Part shown: positions 57,833-64,000 of the stretch, piece by piece | Position numbering within the stretch: the stretch's first letter is position 1 | How the letters are laid out: every line of letters starts with the position of its first letter | NCBI GenBank assembly: GCA_010093995.1 | Contig: ML992515.1 | Coordinates: 363,533-427,532, forward strand | Reading direction: 5' to 3' | DNA length: 64,000 bases | Source: Elsinoe ampelina | Lineage: Eukaryota | Notes under the pieces: generated by a model | The model's input: only the letters and a program-made list of their open reading frames with translations | Databases searched by the model: none | Told to the model about the DNA's origin: nothing | Translations under genes and position numbers: made by a program

Positions 57833-59194
57833 GATGGGCTGACGTATCGATTGTGGTGTACACGGCGAAGATGGGTGAAGAATGAAAGGTGTAGGAGAGA
57901 AACACAAATTATGTTCTTACTGCTGGGGCGAGGGCGAAACAGTGGATCGGAAATGTCAGCCAGAAGTCGACGAGCCGAGCCCTGAGAATGGAGAATGTCC
58001 GCGGGTCCTCAAACTTTGAACCGATATGGCAGACCTGTGATTGGTCAAGGATTGCAGTACGTCACTTGTATAAACTGAGGTCCTTCTATGTTCCTGCATA
58101 TCTTTTCTCACCTATTGCTGTTTCAGGAATCTCAGTCAGACGGTAGTATGGAGCACTTACCGTTAAAAACACAATTACCAGTCAAATTCTTCTCCCCCAA
58201 GCACATGAGTCTGTATTGATAATCGCAAAGGGAATGAAGGCAGTTGTGCTGCCCCGCAAAGCTTACCTCAGATTCCAGCTGCCGGAAATCTCCACTCCCG
58301 TGCAGATCTTCAAACACACTCTCTCGGTGAACTGAGACCTTGCTGTGGGGATACGCGGGACAAGACCACATGAGTCGATTCGCACATCCTGGTCTTGCAA
58401 CAGGACAGGCTTCGAGGGCGCTCGCATGCTGCGTAGCTGCCACGTTGCGCGGCCCATACGATGTCAGCTTACCGAGGCCGCCAGCTTGACAGCGGATGGA
58501 CGCCAGTCCTTTCGTTGACCCTGAAGGACGACTGAATGGCCTCGGCAGGAATACGGTCTGTATGAAGCTTGTTTGCAAACAGCAAAGCTTGCATATATGA
58601 CGGATTTAGTCGAGAGGTTGCCATGAAGCCGAGGTGTCATGATCGAGTCAGGAAATGCTGTACACATTAGCCCGCAAATGCACCGGATATAGATTGTCTA
58701 CAATCCCCTGATCCGTGAAGGGTGCTGCGATAGGTCCGCCCACGTTTCCTTGCACGTGGTATGGTTGTGCTTCGAACGCATTTCTCAAGCACATCACGTG
58801 TTGAACAGAGCCGCCGGGTAATCTTCGTAAGTGGAACGCGAGATTCGCGCGTCGAATCTCCAGGCATCCATCGCCCAAATAGGCAATTGTAGACAGGCCG
58901 AAGAATGGACGCAGAGCATTTCGAAAATTCATCTACACTCACCTCAGAATCACACAGATCGCATGGGACAATACCATGTTAACGATCACACTTTATTGAC
59001 TTGAACACAAATTATTGTCGCCACGAACGCGACCGTGCTGAAATCTAGGTCCGCTTACGCTAGCGGGGGGATCGGCATATCCCCTGGGACCTGGGTGGCG
59101 TAGGATTGGAATTTCAAGATAGCCGCTCAAGGTCAGTCCTTTCTCCATTCTCACATTCCCTTCCTTCACGAGCACAAGAATCTGTGCAGCCAGC

Positions 59195-62100
59195 ATGCCT
59201 CGAACGAGTCGGCGGTCTGCGGACATCTGCAATTGTCTGTCACACGTCACTTCATACACTTTCACGAGCTGACGTTCTCAAAGCACTTCCCGCAATCACC
59301 AAGCCCGAAAGATCTCTTTCGAGGGGCAACAGGAAGTCTGCACGTTTCCTGACATCTCCTTCTCCAGACTCCGTCACCTCCGACACCATCATGGTCAAGC
59401 AAGAGCATTCCACGTCTGTCCCACCAGGGCACCGCACTTTCGAAGCTGTAACAATCGTCCGGTCTTCTTCTACCAAGAAAGGAAAATCATCCGGCTCCAG
59501 CTCTGTAGCCAGTCTATCCTCAGTCTCTAGCGACGCCGATGCATATGCGACTCCTGCTACCAGCGTCGCCATGACACCAGAGGCTTCTGTGAAAGGCAAA
59601 TCTACAGCTCCCCGCAAGCGCACTCGATTGAGTAATGAAGTCTCCGCCGAATCCAATAGTATTGAGTACGACGAGGAACTCGCAAAGGCTCTACAGCGCA
59701 AGGAATACGGGAGAGTTGAGCGCCCGACGAAGAGACAGAAGCTCAAGCAAGAGATATCGGACAGCGAGGAACTCTCGGACGCCATATCTGTCGAGGAAGA
59801 AGAGGATGATGGGGCCGAACTGTCAGATGATTCGTCAGATCGGATCGTTGCCCTCGCCAAAGCTCGCGCTGGCAAGAAGGCTGTCACTGCTTCGTCTTCT
59901 CGACAGACCACTCGCGAAGCTGGAAAGGCCGCCCGCACATCGGTCAGCAAGTCATTCAAGAAGGATATCAAGATCGAGGATAGTGACAGCGAGCTTGATA
60001 ATCTCTCGGACGACGAATCTGTGTTGAGCTTCTTTGTTAGCGATAGTGAGGCTGAAGAAGTAGTCGACCTGTCAGACTCCGACGATGAACCACTGGCTAA
60101 AGCTGCACGACGTTATGCACAATACTTCGAATCTGAAGATACTACTCCTCAGCCTTCGGTCAATCCTGCTCCAGCTCCAGCACGAGGCAAAAAGCGACGT
60201 CGCCACCAGTACCTCGCCGACATTGATGCAAGCGAGATCAGGGGTCTCATGACCCGCAAAGAGAGGGAACGCAAGAAGCTCGAAAAGGCACATCCTCAGA
60301 TCAAGACCATGTGGGCCGACCTCGAAAAGATTCCAGTCATCAAGCCTGTCCAAGCTCCTCAGCCTACCTCGATCAATCGCACGCTCAAGTCATTCCAACG
60401 TGAGGGTCTTGACTGGATGGTCAAGCAGGAGAAGTCACAATACAAGGGTGGTCTCCTGGGTGACGAGATGGGTATGGGCAAGACCATTCAGGCTGTCTCT
60501 CTGATAATGTCGGACTATCCAGTCAAGCAGCCGTCGCTGGTCGTTGTGCCACCTGTGGCTCTCATGCAATGGTCTAGCGAGATCAAAGACTACACCGACG
60601 GCAAGCTCAACGTTCTTGTCTACCATGGTCAAAATGCAAAGACGAAGGGCATGACTGTCAAGGATCTCAAGAAGTACGATGTCATCATGGTGTCTTATAA
60701 TAGTCTGGAGTCAGTTCATCGCAAGCAGATCAAGGGCTGGTCTAGAGGCGATGAGATTGTCAAGGAAGCTTCACCACTCCATGCTATCGAGTTTCACCGC
60801 GTCATTCTTGACGAAGCTCACAGTATCAAGTCCCGCACAACCGGTGTCGCCAAAGCTTGCTTTGCACTCAAGGCAAAGTACAAGTGGTGCTTGTCTGGTA
60901 CACCGGTCCAGAACCGTATCGGCGAGTTCTTCTCTCTTCTCCGCTTCCTCGAGGTCCGCCCATTTGCCGACTACTTCTGCAAGAGGTGCCCATGCTCCAT
61001 GCTTCACTGGGACGTCGACAAGGATTACCGCTGCACCGCTTGCAAGCATAGCAGTATTGAGCATGTTTCGGTCTTCAACCAAGAGCTCCTCAACCCGTTG
61101 ACACAGTCTGAGGACCGCAAGGATCGTTCCGCAGCCATGGACAAGCTGCATATGATTACCGCCCGTATCATGCTTCGCCGTATGAAGCGTGATTATGTCA
61201 GCTCAATGGAACTGCCACCAAAAGAGGTCATCATTCACAACGAGTTCTTCGGCGAGATCGAGCGTGATTTCAGCTCCAGCATCATGAGCAACACTGCTCG
61301 CACCTTTGACACCTATGTCTCCCGCGGTGTCATGCTCAACAATTATGCCAACATCTTCGGTCTGATCATGCAGATGCGTCAGGTCGCCAATCACCCAGAT
61401 CTCCTTCTCAAGAAGCACGCACACGGTGGACAGAATGTTCTGGTCTGCAACATCTGTGATGAGCCGGCCGAAGATGCAGTCCGCTCCAAGTGCAAGCACG
61501 AGTTCTGCCGCGCTTGTGTGAAGAGTTACGTCCAGGTGGTTGAAGATGGCAAGGATTCCGACTGTCCTCGTTGCCACATCCCACTCGCTATCGATCTCGA
61601 CCAGCCCGAGATTGAGCAGGATGAGGAGGCAGTCAGCAAGAGCAGCATCATCAACCGCATTCGGATGGAGAACTGGACCTCTTCGACCAAGATTGAAATG
61701 CTAGTCTACGATCTCTGGAAGCTCCGCAGCAAGAAGCAGACTCTCAAGTCCATCATCTTCTCGCAGTTCACGTCTATGCTCCAGCTGGTCGAGTGGCGTC
61801 TTCGTCGCGCCGGCTTCAACACTGTCATGCTTGACGGCAGCATGACTCCCATTCAGCGTCAGCGCTCCATCGATCATTTCATGAACACTCCCGAGTGCGA
61901 GATCTTCCTGGTGTCCCTCAAGGCTGGCGGTGTCGCTCTCAATCTGACCGAGGCCTCTCGTGTCTTCATCATTGATCCGTAAGTATATGGCCAACACGCT
62001 TGCATGGTCACAGCTGACAATCGTAGATGGTGGAACCCTGCTGCTGAATGGCAGTCTGCCGATCGCTGTCATCGTATCGGACAGAAACGTCCTTGTGTCA

Positions 62101-62255
62101 TCACCCGTCTCTGCATCGAGGACTCTGTGGAATCTCGTATCGTCATGTTGCAGGAGAAGAAGGCGAACATGATTAGCGGAACGATCAACAACGACAAGGT
62201 GGCAATGGAGAAGTTGACTCCGGAGGATATGCAGTTCTTGTTCCGCGGATCTTGA
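59195..62255 (+). CDS. RAD16: SNF2-family ATPase with RING finger, nucleotide excision repair protein Rad16 (start tentative; intron 61979-62026)
   Basis: [28 protein letters not shown]3HC4 RING ([17 protein letters not shown]), [30 protein letters not shown]. Confidence 0.95.
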
Positions 62256-62794
62256 GCTGTCCACGACAAGACACAAAACTCAAACAGCCGCTCAAGCTGG
62301 CTCACTTCCCTTCATCAAAAGCATCTTACGCAAGTATTTGGTGGAAATTGGTCGGCATCCCCGGTGGAAATGGCACGATCTGCAAAGTATGGAGAGCATG
62401 ATAAGCATTTGGGAGGCGAATGGGTTGCTGCTATTGAGCGAACAGTATCATAGTTGAGCATGCTAGCAGTCTAGCTTCGAAAGTGGAATGAATAGACTCG
62501 TCACATGCATATACTTGGATCAGCTCTCGAGTTTGGTTATTAGCAAGTTGATAAACTCGGTTGAGGTTGAGATTGAGGTTGATGCATGCTGCTGTGTCCC
62601 GAAGTGACCTCATTGAGACTTTCTTGGCGATGGCTGAGACCTCCGGGACTGAAATCTTGAATGGACAAAGCAAGATCTTGGTTCAAAGGTTGGGAAAGGC
62701 AATCACTTTTCCTCGGGCTTGGTCTTCAAGAACAAGATGTACCACTTCAACATTGCAGCAGCTCCGAGATAGCAAGACCTGATTTGCGGCCATC

Positions 62795-64000
62795 ATGTCT
62801 TCCCCGCCGGACTCACCAGCCACTACGTACCGCTTGGGTGGTCTGGCGCATTTCCTGCCGCTTGGAGAGGAACCTACTCTGTCCAGTCGTGGCCATCTAC
62901 TTCCTCAGCTACTTCAGAATCGCAACTCTGCAAGCTATGCTGATTTACCCAAGCTGGCCGTCTCGCCTGGCCGACCGCGACGTCGGCCTTCCTCTATTGA
63001 CACTGGACCGCGAAGGGGCGAGGACGATGGAGAAGCCCAGCAAGATAGTGACTGGGAGACATTGGGGAGCGATCGAAGACGAAGTCTGGCGCCTCCAGCC
63101 ATGTTGACGCCCCAGATGAGGTCGCAGAGGTTGATTGGCAACTCGAATCCAAGATACAGATGGGAACGGTATTACAAGTCGGAGGAAGAGTTGAAGAAGA
63201 TGAAGAAGCCAATTCGGGAATACTATGAGCGGAACAACTATCTCATCCAGCAGTACATGTACATCGACCGATTACTGGACTCGTCCCTACCTCACAATCT
63301 GATTCAGGAGTACAGCCGGCCACAACCAGATGTGCCCCCAACCATCAGCGAGGAGAGCGGACAAACGTCTACCATGGCCTCACCAATGCTGAATGGATCC
63401 GACGGGACAAACACGCCGAATGACGGGCAAGAGAATGGGACAGCAAAGAAGCTCAAACGGACACCAAAAGCTCTCTACAAGGTGCAAGAGGACGAGAATA
63501 CCCCTCTCCTCAAGCAGCAGGATACCAACGATGAGGCCGCAAAACTCCTCCCAGAATACGAACCCGAGGAGGAGGTCGACTCCCAGTCCAAGGCCGTTAC
63601 CATTGCCATCTACGTCAACCTCGTAGCCAACACCATCCTGCTCGTTCTCAAAATCATCGTCACAGTCCTCACCTCGTCCGTCTCGGTCCTCGCCTCCCTC
63701 GTCGACGCAGCCCTCGACTTTCTCTCCACAGCCATCATCTGGACCACCACCTACCTCATCTCCAAAAACGACGCCTACAAATACCCCGTCGGCCGTCGCC
63801 GCCTCGAACCTATCGGCGTCCTCGTCTTCTCCGTGATAATGATCACCTCCTTCGTCCAAGTCGCCCTTCAAGGCCTCTCCCACCTGACAGGCCCCGACCA
63901 CACCATCGTCCAACTCACCATCCCCGCCGTAGCCATCATGGGCTCAACCATCATCATCAAAGGCGGCTGCTGGCTCTGGTGTCGCCTCATCAAAAACTCC
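62795..64000 (+). CDS. Cation diffusion facilitator (MTP-type metal transporter), runs off the window end
   Basis: Open frame from ATG 62795 to the end; SVSVLASLVDAALDFLS and YPVGRRRLEPIGVLVFS motifs. Confidence 0.9.
   Translation, partial: MSSPPDSPATTYRLGGLAHFLPLGEEPTLSSRGHLLPQLLQNRNSASYADLPKLAVSPGRPRRRPSSIDTGPRRGEDDGEAQQDSDWETLGSDRRRSLAPPAMLTPQMRSQRLIGNSNPRYRWERYYKSEEELKKMKKPIREYYERNNYLIQQYMYIDRLLDSSLPHNLIQEYSRPQPDVPPTISEESGQTSTMASPMLNGSDGTNTPNDGQENGTAKKLKRTPKALYKVQEDENTPLLKQQDTNDEAAKLLPEYEPEEEVDSQSKAVTIAIYVNLVANTILLVLKIIVTVLTSSVSVLASLVDAALDFLSTAIIWTTTYLISKNDAYKYPVGRRRLEPIGVLVFSVIMITSFVQVALQGLSHLTGPDHTIVQLTIPAVAIMGSTIIIKGGCWLWCRLIKNS

Overview
Fungal (Pezizomycotina-type, RIP-active) genomic window with spliceosomal introns. 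Conserved genes flank it on both sides. Left: 3' end of a probable BAR-domain gene, an MBOAT acyltransferase and a secreted SGNH-FN3 hydrolase. Right: HIS3, RPC19, NDUFA6, BUD31, MGT1, HEM1, RAD16 and a CDF metal transporter. Between them is a ~43 kb accessory island (~6-49.7 kb) directly downstream of HIS3. It holds a head-to-tail array of five F-box/2EXR-like genes, two repeated orphan coiled-coil gene families (A x2, B x3, mostly decaying), and a 991-aa gene with a GIY-YIG-like nuclease motif set. It also holds a displaced second copy of the HIS3 3' end differing mostly at synonymous sites, and two RIP-destroyed TA-targeting Tc1/IS630-like transposons, one with a nested full-length chromovirus Ty3/gypsy element and one with a nested MITE. 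The island, but hardly its flanks, is studded with the 8-mer CTGGTAGT, often as a fixed-spacing dyad CTGGTAGT-N14/15-ACTACCAG that also builds minisatellite arrays next to the B genes. Best candidate for a novel system: a HIS3-3'-end-replacing integrative or homing element (architecturally like yeast WHO/FBA1 elements) marked by a dedicated dyad site. All family assignments are by-eye motif recognition; no searches were run.
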